NCBI GenBank assembly: GCA_029564515.1
Contig: JAKQPV010000026.1
Coordinates: 158,066-222,065, forward strand
Direction of reading: 5' to 3'
DNA length: 64,000 nucleotides
Source of the DNA: Spirochaetota bacterium
Lineage (GTDB): Bacteria > Spirochaetota > UBA4802 > UBA5550
A model generated the notes under the pieces. That model searched no databases. It was not told the origin of the DNA and saw nothing but the letters and a program-made list of their open reading frames with translations. Shown in pieces: positions 45,261 through 54,553 of this stretch (its first letter is position 1; each line of letters begins with the position of its first letter). A program made the position numbers and the translations under genes.

Positions 45261-47579
45261 TCAGGTATGCGCGTGCTCATCTACCGGGAACTCGATCGTG
45301 AAACTGCATCCATCCTCTACCGTGAGCCTTACCGAGCCGCCGATCTGCCGCGCCAGCGCCTTGATGAGCTGGAGCCCGAGGGTCTTCTGCTCCGCCTCGT
45401 TGAAGGCGGCCACGTCCATGCCGGGCCCGCCGTCCGCCACGGAGAGGATGTAGCGGTCGGCGGAGCGCGAGAACGACAGATCCAGCCTGCCGGGCCGCCC
45501 GTCATCCCCGAGCCCGTGTTTCAGCGCATTGGATACCAGCTCGTTCAGGAGAAGCCCGCAGGGAACCGCCCGGTCGACATTCAGCGTCACGTCCTTCACG
45601 TTGATGGAAATCCCGACCCCGCTCTCGTCCATCGCGTAGGTCGAGAGGAGCATTTTGACGAGGTCCCTGATATACGGTCCCATGTCGATGTTCGCGAAGT
45701 CCTCGGCCCGGTAAATACTTTCATGGATGAGGGCCATCGAGTGGACCCGCGCGATGCTCTCCTCGTGCAGGGAGCGCGCTTCAGGCTGGCTGAGCCGGTC
45801 GCCCTGCATTGAGAGAAGGCTGACGATCACCTGCAGGTTGTTCTTGACCCGGTGATGGATCTCCTTGATAAGGACGTTCTTTTCCTCGAGCGATTTCACC
45901 AGCCGCTCCTCCGCCCGGTTCTTCCGGAGGGACACGGCGGCAATCCACGCGAACGAGCGGAGCAGGTCCTCCTGCGGGTCCGGTTTACCCTGCTTCATCG
46001 CCAGGGCGGCGGTCCCGTAGAGGGTCCCCTCGTAGATATAGGCAATGCCGATATAGCGGTCGATGAGCAGCGCCCTGGCGACCAGCTCCGACACCTGCTC
46101 CGGCACGCCCCCGAACGTGATGTCCGACAGGGTCTTATGGAACTGCACGGGTCCCGACATGATCGAGTTATACGACGCTTCGTCGACGGGCAGGACCGAG
46201 AGGAGATTGTTGAGAATGGCACTGGTTTCCGGGTTGGCCGAGAGCGACTCGTCCAGCTCGATGTGCCTGACAAGGAGCTGCCGCTGCCCGGGATCGTATT
46301 CCGAGATCGAGACGGCCTCCGCGCCGGACACCTCTTTCAGCTCCCGGGCGAGGAACCGGTGGATGCTCTCCCCGGACGGGAGCGACGCGAGGTCCACGCT
46401 GAGACGATTTATGGCGGTCAGGGCGCTGTTGCGCATCAGGAGGAGCTTCTCCGCCTCCTTGCGCTCGGATATGTCCCGGGTCACGCCGATGCCCCCCACT
46501 GGTTTACCGGATTCATCCCAGATGAACCGGGCGGAAATCTCGGTCCATACCCTGGAGCCATCCTTCCGGATCTGCTCCACGTCGAAGGTGACAAACGTGT
46601 TGCGGTCGTAATCGGGATTTTTCACCCTGCCCATCCCCTCGGCCATCTTTTGCCTCATTCGCTCGAGTGATTCCGGCGGGAGGTAGCGGTCGATACTCAA
46701 TTCCATCCATTCCTCCGGCGTCCAGCCGAGCAGCTTTTCTATGGACGGGCTGATGTAGGTGGTTTTCAGCTTCAGGTCAATGGTCCAGATCACGTCCGAC
46801 ACGTTCTCTGCGAGCAGGCGGTATTTTTCCTCGCTCAGCCGCAGGGTCTTCTCGCTGTCGACCAGGCTCTTTTTGATCTCGCCCGTCCTGACGATGTCGT
46901 CGGTAAGGCTTATATCCAGGAGGAGGACCATGGTGAGCCAACCGAAATCCGCGAGCAGCACCCACTGGGAGTGGTTCAATATGACCACCATGTCGTGAGC
47001 AATGGCACCAGCCAGGAGCGTGACCGCCGCCAGCACCATGAAGGCACGCCTCCGCTCTCCCTTTCGGTACTGGTACAGGGACGAGACATAGATGGAACCG
47101 AGAGCTGTGAATGCGATGGCATAATAGACGTACATCCACCCGTTGGTTTTCGCGTTGAATACCGCGATCCGCTCCTGCCAGGGAAGGGTGAGATGCAGGG
47201 GGTCAAGTATCACCGAGTAGGTCAGCAGGAACGGATCGAACAACCGTGCCGCCATAAACAGGAGAGCCAGCGAGCTGAAGACGACCAGGAACGTGCGGGG
47301 CCTAAACCCGGTGTAATAGGACGCGAACCAGGGAGCAAAGGCGATGCTGATCCCCCCGAACAAGACCCGGATACGGCCTGCGTTAACGATGCCCTGCGCA
47401 GTATCCGTATGCAGCAGGACAAGGTTGCCGACCACGGATCCGAATACTCCCAAGCTGATAAGGCAAAAGGCAAAATGGAGGGCCGAGCCCCGCTTCCGTA
47501 TCGCGATAAAGAGCTGCCGTATCGAGGCATAGGCGATCAACGAGGCCAGCGAGGCCAACATAAAGGAGAATACCGGCAT
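45261..47579 (-). CDS. Sensor histidine kinase: 7TM N-terminus, PAS, GAF-like, HisKA_2, HATPase_c
   Basis: H-box EIHHRVKNNLQVIVSLLSMQ, N-box LNELVSNALKHG, G-box VADGGPGMD, and a PAS segment (YRLLAENVSDVIWTID). Confidence 0.85.
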   Translation of the reverse strand: MPVFSFMLASLASLIAYASIRQLFIAIRKRGSALHFAFCLISLGVFGSVVGNLVLLHTDTAQGIVNAGRIRVLFGGISIAFAPWFASYYTGFRPRTFLVVFSSLALLFMAARLFDPFLLTYSVILDPLHLTLPWQERIAVFNAKTNGWMYVYYAIAFTALGSIYVSSLYQYRKGERRRAFMVLAAVTLLAGAIAHDMVVILNHSQWVLLADFGWLTMVLLLDISLTDDIVRTGEIKKSLVDSEKTLRLSEEKYRLLAENVSDVIWTIDLKLKTTYISPSIEKLLGWTPEEWMELSIDRYLPPESLERMRQKMAEGMGRVKNPDYDRNTFVTFDVEQIRKDGSRVWTEISARFIWDESGKPVGGIGVTRDISERKEAEKLLLMRNSALTAINRLSVDLASLPSGESIHRFLARELKEVSGAEAVSISEYDPGQRQLLVRHIELDESLSANPETSAILNNLLSVLPVDEASYNSIMSGPVQFHKTLSDITFGGVPEQVSELVARALLIDRYIGIAYIYEGTLYGTAALAMKQGKPDPQEDLLRSFAWIAAVSLRKNRAEERLVKSLEEKNVLIKEIHHRVKNNLQVIVSLLSMQGDRLSQPEARSLHEESIARVHSMALIHESIYRAEDFANIDMGPYIRDLVKMLLSTYAMDESGVGISINVKDVTLNVDRAVPCGLLLNELVSNALKHGLGDDGRPGRLDLSFSRSADRYILSVADGGPGMDVAAFNEAEQKTLGLQLIKALARQIGGSVRLTVEDGCSFTIEFPVDEHAHT

Positions 47580-47731
47580 CCGCTATGAGTGCTCCAGTTT
47601 GTGTATCGTGTGATTCAATACTATAGCAAACCGGCGGCCTGTCAACGATTATATGCAACCGTTTGGTCCCGGTCCCTGTCATTATCATTGTCGGCTCTGC
47701 CGGCGTTTATTCCATTCCGGCAGGCTTGCAC

Positions 47732-48376
47732 ATGGCTACAGTCATAAAAGACCCGGCTTCATTCTACACGCACGCGCTTGGCTTCATCCTGGCCCTCGCG
47801 GGATTTGTCGTGATCCTGGCTCATCCGGCCGCTGACCCGTGCCGGCAGGGGACGCTCGTCATATACGGCATCTCGGTCATGGCGCTCTTCCTTGCGAGCT
47901 CGGCCTACCACGCGTTCAAACCGGAGGGAAACGGCACGTCCCTCCTGCGAAAACTCGACCACATGGCGATATACCTGATGATAGCCGGGACTTATACTCC
48001 CTTCATCTACACCTATCTCACCGGGTGGTGGCGATGGGGAATACTCATCGCGCAATGGGGCATCGTGCTCGCCGGCACGGTCCTTACCTTCGCGTGGATC
48101 GCCAAGCCGCGCGCGCTGTCCGCGGCGCTTTACCTGGCCATGGGCTGGATAGCGGTGGTCCCCCTGTACAGGCTCTGGCAGGCCATGCCGGCCGGCACGT
48201 TCTCGCTCTGCATAGCGGGCGGGATCGCATACACGGCCGGCGCGGTCATCTACGCGCGGAAGCGGCCGGACCCACTGCCGGGCGTCTTCGGGTTCCACGA
48301 GATATTTCACGTATTCGTGCTGGCTGGCGCCGGCCTGTTCTACTGGGCGGTGCTGCAGTACATTGCGGGCCTATAG
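47732..48376 (+). CDS. Hemolysin III / PAQR-family membrane protein
   Basis: 7 TM helices, with the motifs SSAYHAF, LDHMAIYLMIAGTYTP and FHEIFHVFVLAG. The start is taken at MATVIKD. Confidence 0.75.
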   Translation: MATVIKDPASFYTHALGFILALAGFVVILAHPAADPCRQGTLVIYGISVMALFLASSAYHAFKPEGNGTSLLRKLDHMAIYLMIAGTYTPFIYTYLTGWWRWGILIAQWGIVLAGTVLTFAWIAKPRALSAALYLAMGWIAVVPLYRLWQAMPAGTFSLCIAGGIAYTAGAVIYARKRPDPLPGVFGFHEIFHVFVLAGAGLFYWAVLQYIAGL

Positions 48377-48412
48377 CATCGGGGCGTGAAACGCCCCTGG
48401 CGAAAAGTGCAG

Positions 48413-48595
48413 CTACCTGGTATCAGGCTCCGTGCCGGGCTCGCCCGAGGGTTCGGTTTCCTCTACGGCAGCATCGGGATTCTCGGTTTGTGCCGTGTTG
48501 TTTTTCTCGAGCTTGCGCTGCCTTTTTTCCTCTTTCTTTTTTTTCTTTGCCAGGTCTCTCTGGCGCTTTTCGTATTGATAGTTTGTTCGTGGCAC
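48413..48595 (-). CDS. Possible small Lys/Glu-rich protein (60 aa, GTG start)
   Basis: VPRTNYQYEKRQRDLAKKKKKEEKRQRKLEK... follows an AAGGA-like RBS. This is a weak call, and the longer 94-aa ORF N-terminus looks spurious. Confidence 0.3.
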   Translation of the reverse strand: MPRTNYQYEKRQRDLAKKKKKEEKRQRKLEKNNTAQTENPDAAVEETEPSGEPGTEPDTR

Positions 48596-48777
48596 TGTAT
48601 ATATCCTTTTTCGAATGGGATTATTGATGCGTCCGGCCTTCCGGAAAGCTCTACGGCGCGGCTTCCCCCCCGGGCTTGGGCCTAAACCATGGAGCATGGC
48701 ATAACGGACGCCAAAATGACACTGTACGCTACGTGACCGGAAAAATTCAAGTATGATTTATTAAAAAATTCCGCCAG

Positions 48778-50319
48778 TCAGAAGACCAGCTTCACGGACA
48801 GCTCGGCGGTGAGATAGTTCCCGTACACGGTGTACTCGCGGTTCTCCTTGCCCACGAACCCGTTCACCATAAGGTTGAGCGTGAGGTCGTAGAAGGGCGC
48901 GTAGGATATCATGCCCGATATAATCGACGACTCTTCGCGAATGTTCACCACGCAGTTGATCATCGACGACAGCTCCTGCACGAACATCTCCCGTATTGTG
49001 ATGAACCCGCCGACGTAGTACTTTCCCATGTAGTTCGGGGTATAGAGACCGTTGGTGAGGAAATAGGTCGCGTTCAAAAAGTCCTTCTCGAACACGTGCG
49101 TGTCGTAACCCGCGTGGTTGTAGAACACCTCCACGTCGAACCGTATCCGCTCTTTCACGCCCCGCACATCGAAGCCCCGGCCGAAGCCGAAGCTTGCCTT
49201 CCCTATCCACTCGCCGCGCACCCGGCGGTCAAAAATATATGCCCTGTTCCCGGCCAGGTAGAGGGACTCCACCGGCACCGTTGCCGAGCCGAGGGCCAGG
49301 TACCAGGGCCAGCCCCGGAGCTTTCTCCGGTTGTCGCCGTACGAAAGGCTGGCCTCGCCGTGCACGTCGAGCGTCAGAACGCGCGAGGTGAAATCGAACC
49401 CGTACACGGGCAGGTTGTGCTGTTTGAGAAGTATGGAGAGCGCAAGCTCCGTTTTCCCGAACAGCACCTCCACCTTGTTGGCCATGGCGAGGTCGGCGAT
49501 ATGCTTCGCGTTGTTCATGTCGATGAACGAGTAGATATTCGCCCGGGTCCCGAACGGGACATGTATCTTGAGGCCGTACGTGCCCTGCATCACCTGGGAG
49601 GAGTCCTGGATGTTCCTCTTTTCAACGCTGATCATGTCCGTGGGGGTCCAGAGGTACCCGACCCCCCACTTGAGGAGCTGCTTGCCGATCCGGAAGTAGA
49701 CCCGCTTGCCGATGTTGAGGTCCACAAACACCTCGTTGATGTTGAAGACCGCGTAGAGCTTCTCCGCCGCCGCCAGGTCGACCGTGTCGTAATAGGCGGG
49801 GACCCCCAGGTATGCAAGGGGGACCTGGAAGGTGCGCGGCTGCGACATGCCGGCGGGATAATAGTCCGCGGAGAGGTTGAAGTACCCGCGGATCCCCCTG
49901 GGAAGCCGCGCGTCAAGACCGAAATTGCCCTGGAAGTAGGACTGGAAATCGCTGCCATCGAGGATCCCGAGCCTCCGGAGAAGGCTCCCCCTCTTGTAGC
50001 TGCCGCTGGTCCGGGAATTGAGGAACCCGCCGAACGTCAGGGAGGGCTTCTCCATCTCCTGGGAAATGGAATCGTCCTTCAATTTGCCTTCCGGCGAAAC
50101 GGTCTCCTCGTCGCCGAAGAGCTCCTCCTCCGGGGTATTCCCGCCGGAGGAACCTCCCGGCTGGCCGCCGGCCTGCTTCGCGGCATCCGCGGCCCCGGGC
50201 ATGTTTTCCGCGAGGTGAGCGCCGCCGTCCGGGTGCGGCGCCACGGCCGCGCCCGCCGCCGCTATCATCAGGGCCAGCGCCGCGATCCCGGCGCGCGGAA
50301 GCATCGAATTCATCGGCAT
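48778..50319 (-). CDS. Outer-membrane beta-barrel protein (DUF1302-like)
   Basis: Signal peptide, a Gly/Ser/Glu-rich linker, beta-strand periodicity, and a C-terminal ...ELSVKLVF ending in Phe. Confidence 0.55.
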   Translation of the reverse strand: MPMNSMLPRAGIAALALMIAAAGAAVAPHPDGGAHLAENMPGAADAAKQAGGQPGGSSGGNTPEEELFGDEETVSPEGKLKDDSISQEMEKPSLTFGGFLNSRTSGSYKRGSLLRRLGILDGSDFQSYFQGNFGLDARLPRGIRGYFNLSADYYPAGMSQPRTFQVPLAYLGVPAYYDTVDLAAAEKLYAVFNINEVFVDLNIGKRVYFRIGKQLLKWGVGYLWTPTDMISVEKRNIQDSSQVMQGTYGLKIHVPFGTRANIYSFIDMNNAKHIADLAMANKVEVLFGKTELALSILLKQHNLPVYGFDFTSRVLTLDVHGEASLSYGDNRRKLRGWPWYLALGSATVPVESLYLAGNRAYIFDRRVRGEWIGKASFGFGRGFDVRGVKERIRFDVEVFYNHAGYDTHVFEKDFLNATYFLTNGLYTPNYMGKYYVGGFITIREMFVQELSSMINCVVNIREESSIISGMISYAPFYDLTLNLMVNGFVGKENREYTVYGNYLTAELSVKLVF

Positions 50320-50320
50320 C

Positions 50321-51085
50321 CTACCTGCTCAGGTTCTCGAGGTACGCCTTGGTGAATATCTTGGGGTCGAGCTTCTCGGTCGAAATGCCCGAGAGCTCCA
50401 CGATGGTCTTGTTCCCCTTCTCGAACTCGTCTATGAAAATCATCTGGATCGGGATGTACTTGCCGTCCACCACGGTCCACTTCGGATAATACGCGGTCTG
50501 CATCAGCGTGCCCGAGAGGGAGTAGGACTCGATCTTGAGCGGGAGGAAATTGTCCCGCTGGACCCAGTATACCTGCTTGGGATACGTGACATCGTTGACC
50601 TTCGCGATGATGGTGAACCTGTACACGGCCTTTTTCCCCAGCATTTCCTCGGTGACGCCGCCCTCCTCGGTCTGCGGTCTGTACAGCTCCACCAGCTTCC
50701 TCTTCTCGAAATCACCGCCCTTGGCGTCGGTGCCCATGATGCTCTCGTCACGGCTGATGTGCTGGAAGGTGCGGGTGTTCTGCCGGTACATCCAGAAGTT
50801 CTCGCCCACGCGCAGGTACCCGTTGCCCTTCTCCGTGTCCGGGGCCAGTATCACGATAAGGAACTCGTCGGTCTTGTCGCGCCTGAAATAGAGCGACTCG
50901 TAGGACTTGACCCCCTGGCGCACCTTGTTCTGCACCATCGACGCCTTGACGGAAATGTCGCCGATCTGCTCCATCATGAAGTCGATCTTCCTGATGATAT
51001 CGCCGGCACGGGGCGCCGCCCGGGCCGTCAAGGCGGCGAAAAGCAATATCGCAATTAAAGCGGAACGGAATAATCTCATTATCAT
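50321..51085 (-). CDS. Outer-membrane lipoprotein-sorting (LolA-like fold) protein
   Basis: Signal peptide. GYLRVGENFWMYRQNTRTFQHISRDESIMGTDAKGGDFE resembles the LolA_like family. Confidence 0.6.
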   Translation of the reverse strand: MIMRLFRSALIAILLFAALTARAAPRAGDIIRKIDFMMEQIGDISVKASMVQNKVRQGVKSYESLYFRRDKTDEFLIVILAPDTEKGNGYLRVGENFWMYRQNTRTFQHISRDESIMGTDAKGGDFEKRKLVELYRPQTEEGGVTEEMLGKKAVYRFTIIAKVNDVTYPKQVYWVQRDNFLPLKIESYSLSGTLMQTAYYPKWTVVDGKYIPIQMIFIDEFEKGNKTIVELSGISTEKLDPKIFTKAYLENLSR

Positions 51086-51106
51086 ATACCCATATACCTT
51101 TCATAT

Positions 51107-51287
51107 AGTAGTGCATAGTTAATAACGAATAGTGAATAGTTATTGTAAATATTTTCCGCTCTTCCAGAGCGGAAAATATTTTATTATGATGTTAATCGTT
51201 TATTCTCAAGCAATTTTCCATCCGCTCAGGTAGAGCGGATGGAAAATTATCCGCAACTATTCACTAATCACTATTCACTATTAACTG
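51107..51287. repeat. Heptamer-armed palindromic element, copy F (two inner hairpins, 51148-51180 and 51212-51248)
   Basis: AGTAGTGCATAGTTAATAACGAATAGTGAATAGTTATTGTAAAT ... CGCAACTATTCACTAATCACTATTCACTATTAACTG. Confidence 0.9.
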
Positions 51288-51294
51288 TCTTTTA

Positions 51295-53034
51295 CTACTC
51301 AAAATGCCTCAGCGCTTCCACCGCCGGGAGCTCGGACGCCCGCCGCGCGGGAAAATAGGACGTGGCCGCCGCCATGACCAGGATCAGGAAAAAATAAAAG
51401 GAAATCGCGGCCGCCGACGGGAGAAAATAGAGGTGCCGGTCCACCAGCAGGATTGACAGGATGCTGTCGGATTGAATATGGAAGAGGCTCAGCACTCCCA
51501 TCATCATGAAGGCCATGACGATCCCCGCCAGGCAGGCGATCGCCGTCAGGAGCACCGTTTCTATTATGAACAGGTACTTGACGTCCGACTTCTGCATGCC
51601 GATGGCCCTGACGGTCCCTATCTCCCGCGTCCTCTCGCGTATGGTCATCCGCAGGGTGTTGAGCACGCCGATCAGTATTATGAAAAAGAGTATCATGACC
51701 GCCACCAGGGACACGACGAACAGCGCAAACTCGAACGTGATGATGAAGTCCGCGCTTTCGTACATGGTGCGCACGTCAAGCCACGGCCCGCGCCACCTCG
51801 TCCGGGTCATCTCCGCAAGCTTTGTTTCCAGCTCATCGTTCGTTTTGGTCCGCGGCAGCAGCTTCCATTCGGGCGAGAAGAGGGAATAAACCGGCGACTT
51901 CCTGTCCGGCCGGTACCCGCCCGCGCTCTTCGGAAGGTTTTCCAGATATGTTTTATAAAACGTCTTCTCATTGAGGAGAATGATCCCCTCTTCGGGAAGC
52001 ACGTCGGAGACCAGGACCCCGCTGACGTTATACGTATTCTCGGTCCGCCCGCCTCCGAACCTGTTGTCATATGAAACGGTGAACGGGTCCCCCGGCCTGA
52101 GACCAAGGCCGGCCGCCAGCTTCCGCCCCAGCAGGGCGCCGTCATCGGACGCTTCTTCCGGCACGGCTCCCGCCGTTATCGTAAGGTGCCTGTTCATCAG
52201 GGCGCGTGCGTCCGCATCGCCTGCAAACCCCAGGACCGTTACCGCCGCGGCCGTCTTTCCGCGGGAAGCCTCCCCGCCTATCGCGGCGATGCCGGGCTTC
52301 AGCTTCGCATACAGCCTGTCAGCCTCGCGCTTCGCAGCCCGTTCGTTGTTTGTTTTATTGAAGATGACATGGAGCTCGCCCGTCTCGTGGGGCTTCAGCC
52401 CGATCATGGCCTTCAGGGTCTTCAGGGGAAGGTACACCGCCATTCCCTCGAACATGTTGCTGGAGCGCAGCACCGCCGCCACGGTCAGGCGGGCCGCCTG
52501 CGACTGCCCGGTGATGGTGTTGGTCCGCATGTTGATCGTGTCACGCGGCTTCACGCCCAGCACCTTCGCCTTGTCCGAATATATGATCACCGGGTTTTCC
52601 AGCGTGCCCGAGGTGAAGTCCTTCAAGCTGCCGCTGATAAGGCTCTGGTTGAGATACTCTTCGAATTCCCTGTTTACCTCGACCCCCACGACAATGGTAT
52701 TATCGCCCCGCGCATTCCCGATCAGGCGGGCAAAACGGCCGATGGACTCGTCGATCTCCTTGATGTCATTGACGTTATTCCTGATGATCCGGATGATCCT
52801 GTCCTTGTCCCGGATGATGGGCCTGTTCTGGCTGCTGTTTTCCATTATCGTGACGCTCATGTGGCCGGTCATGTACACGACCATCCGGTTCAGGATATTG
52901 TCGGTGATGCCATGCGAGAAGGAGCTGGTCATGACCAGGATCATCATGCCGAACGCGATGGCAACGCCCAGGAAAACGCTTCTCCTCTTCTGGCGCAGCA
53001 GGTTCCTCAGACCGAGTGATAGCAGGAGCTTCAT
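51295..53034 (-). CDS. ABC transporter permease, FtsX/MacB/LolC-like
   Basis: An N-terminal TM helix, a large periplasmic domain, and a C-terminal FtsX 3-TM bundle. Confidence 0.8.
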   Translation of the reverse strand: MKLLLSLGLRNLLRQKRRSVFLGVAIAFGMMILVMTSSFSHGITDNILNRMVVYMTGHMSVTIMENSSQNRPIIRDKDRIIRIIRNNVNDIKEIDESIGRFARLIGNARGDNTIVVGVEVNREFEEYLNQSLISGSLKDFTSGTLENPVIIYSDKAKVLGVKPRDTINMRTNTITGQSQAARLTVAAVLRSSNMFEGMAVYLPLKTLKAMIGLKPHETGELHVIFNKTNNERAAKREADRLYAKLKPGIAAIGGEASRGKTAAAVTVLGFAGDADARALMNRHLTITAGAVPEEASDDGALLGRKLAAGLGLRPGDPFTVSYDNRFGGGRTENTYNVSGVLVSDVLPEEGIILLNEKTFYKTYLENLPKSAGGYRPDRKSPVYSLFSPEWKLLPRTKTNDELETKLAEMTRTRWRGPWLDVRTMYESADFIITFEFALFVVSLVAVMILFFIILIGVLNTLRMTIRERTREIGTVRAIGMQKSDVKYLFIIETVLLTAIACLAGIVMAFMMMGVLSLFHIQSDSILSILLVDRHLYFLPSAAAISFYFFLILVMAAATSYFPARRASELPAVEALRHFE

Positions 53035-53035
53035 G

Positions 53036-54553
53036 TCAATCCCTCATGATCGCGTCGAGGGGAGTGATCCCCCGCGCCACTTTTAACGGATACAGGGTCG
53101 CCATAACGGTCACGACCGAAAGCAGGAGAACGCAGACGATAATGTCGCCAAAACCGAGAAACGGCCTGAACACGTTGCCGCCGAACAGCAGCACCAGGAC
53201 CTGGTTATCGGTGGTTATGTTCAGGAGGCCCAGCAGAAACACGACCGCGATGCCGGCCAGGATGCCGGCGCCGCCGAACACGGAGGAAATGATCGCGGTC
53301 TCGGTAAAGAACATCTTCGCGATGAACGACTTGTGCGCGCCCACCGCCCGCATCATGCCGATCTCGCTGACCCGCTCGAGCGCCGCCATGCTGAGCGTGT
53401 TCATGATGATGATAATGGCCACGAAAAATATGAGGACCACGAAGCCGGTCGTGACGCTCCGCATGAGCATGGCGGTGTCCGCGACCTGCCCCACCGCGTC
53501 CTTCCACGACACGGCGCGCGCCTCCGCGCCGGCCGCCTTCAGCCCGGCGTTCAGGTCCTCGAGTGCCTCATTGATGCGGTTGACGTTCTTCAGCTTTATG
53601 AAGACCATGTTGTACGAGCCGGCATCCACATCGAGCTTCTTCTGCACGATCTTCCTGCCGATGAGTCCGGTGATGTCGTAGCGCCTGCCGGCGGGCTCGG
53701 CCTTCTGCACCACCGTGTCGCCGAACAGGTCGTCCAGGTTTTCGGTTTCAAGGATCTTCTTCTTTTCGGCGGGAACCACGACCTGGGCGTCTTCCGCGGT
53801 AACGTACTGGAACGCCTCGCGGAACGATTCTATGTCCATGATGTTGAAATGCTTCCAGTATTCATCGAGGTACGCATACCTGATAATGCCTTTTACTTCA
53901 ACAAGGAGGTCGCGGGAGGTGTTTTCCATGCTTCCGCCCATCAGCACGATGTTCTCCCGCACGTCCAGCCTGTCCCGGTACTTCAGGCTCTCCGGGGGCA
54001 GGTTCTTCTCGTTCACCCCGGCGCCCCGGGGCACCAGCCAGAAACCCTGCTGGTCGTATATGCGCGTCCTGTTCCCCGTTGAAACGAGGACGCCGCGCTC
54101 GTCGTTTTTCAGAAACCCGCCCTCCACAAGCTGCACGTTGTTCATGAACATCTTCTGGTAGTCCTCGAACTTGACCCCGAGCGCCAGGGCATACCCCGCG
54201 TCGCCTTTCTCGTTCAGGACCAGCGTAAGCCCCTTGGCCGCGGGCATGAACTGCGCGATATAGTCCCGGCCCTCGAGCACCTTCTTGACTATCTCGTATC
54301 CGCCGATGACCTCGACGTCCTTTCCCATGGGGGTGAATATCACGTTGTCAACCAGCTGGTTTTTTGAAATGACGACGATCTGGCCGGTGAACCGGTTCAT
54401 TATGTTTTCCCTGAGGCCCTTGTCCATGCCGGAGATGACCCCGTTGCCGATCGTCATGATAAGCGCGCCCAGGAAAAGGATGATCCCGATCACGAAGCTT
54501 TTGCCCCGGTGCCGCTGTATGTTGCGCCACGCGATTTTGGAAATGAGGCCCAT
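53036..54553 (-). CDS. ABC transporter permease, FtsX/MacB/LolE-like
   Basis: Same architecture as its neighbour. It abuts both neighbours with gaps of 0-1 nt. Confidence 0.8.
   Translation of the reverse strand: MGLISKIAWRNIQRHRGKSFVIGIILFLGALIMTIGNGVISGMDKGLRENIMNRFTGQIVVISKNQLVDNVIFTPMGKDVEVIGGYEIVKKVLEGRDYIAQFMPAAKGLTLVLNEKGDAGYALALGVKFEDYQKMFMNNVQLVEGGFLKNDERGVLVSTGNRTRIYDQQGFWLVPRGAGVNEKNLPPESLKYRDRLDVRENIVLMGGSMENTSRDLLVEVKGIIRYAYLDEYWKHFNIMDIESFREAFQYVTAEDAQVVVPAEKKKILETENLDDLFGDTVVQKAEPAGRRYDITGLIGRKIVQKKLDVDAGSYNMVFIKLKNVNRINEALEDLNAGLKAAGAEARAVSWKDAVGQVADTAMLMRSVTTGFVVLIFFVAIIIIMNTLSMAALERVSEIGMMRAVGAHKSFIAKMFFTETAIISSVFGGAGILAGIAVVFLLGLLNITTDNQVLVLLFGGNVFRPFLGFGDIIVCVLLLSVVTVMATLYPLKVARGITPLDAIMRD

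Noticed and set aside
49096-50355. 419-aa + strand ORF
   Set aside because: It is antisense to the signal-peptide-bearing OMP gene, which ends in a C-terminal Phe.
19196-51287. Possibility that the repeated elements form a CRISPR array
   Set aside because: The copies are separated by 1-20 kb of ordinary genes, vary in length (108-185 bp), are internally palindromic with heptamer arms, and have no cas genes nearby.
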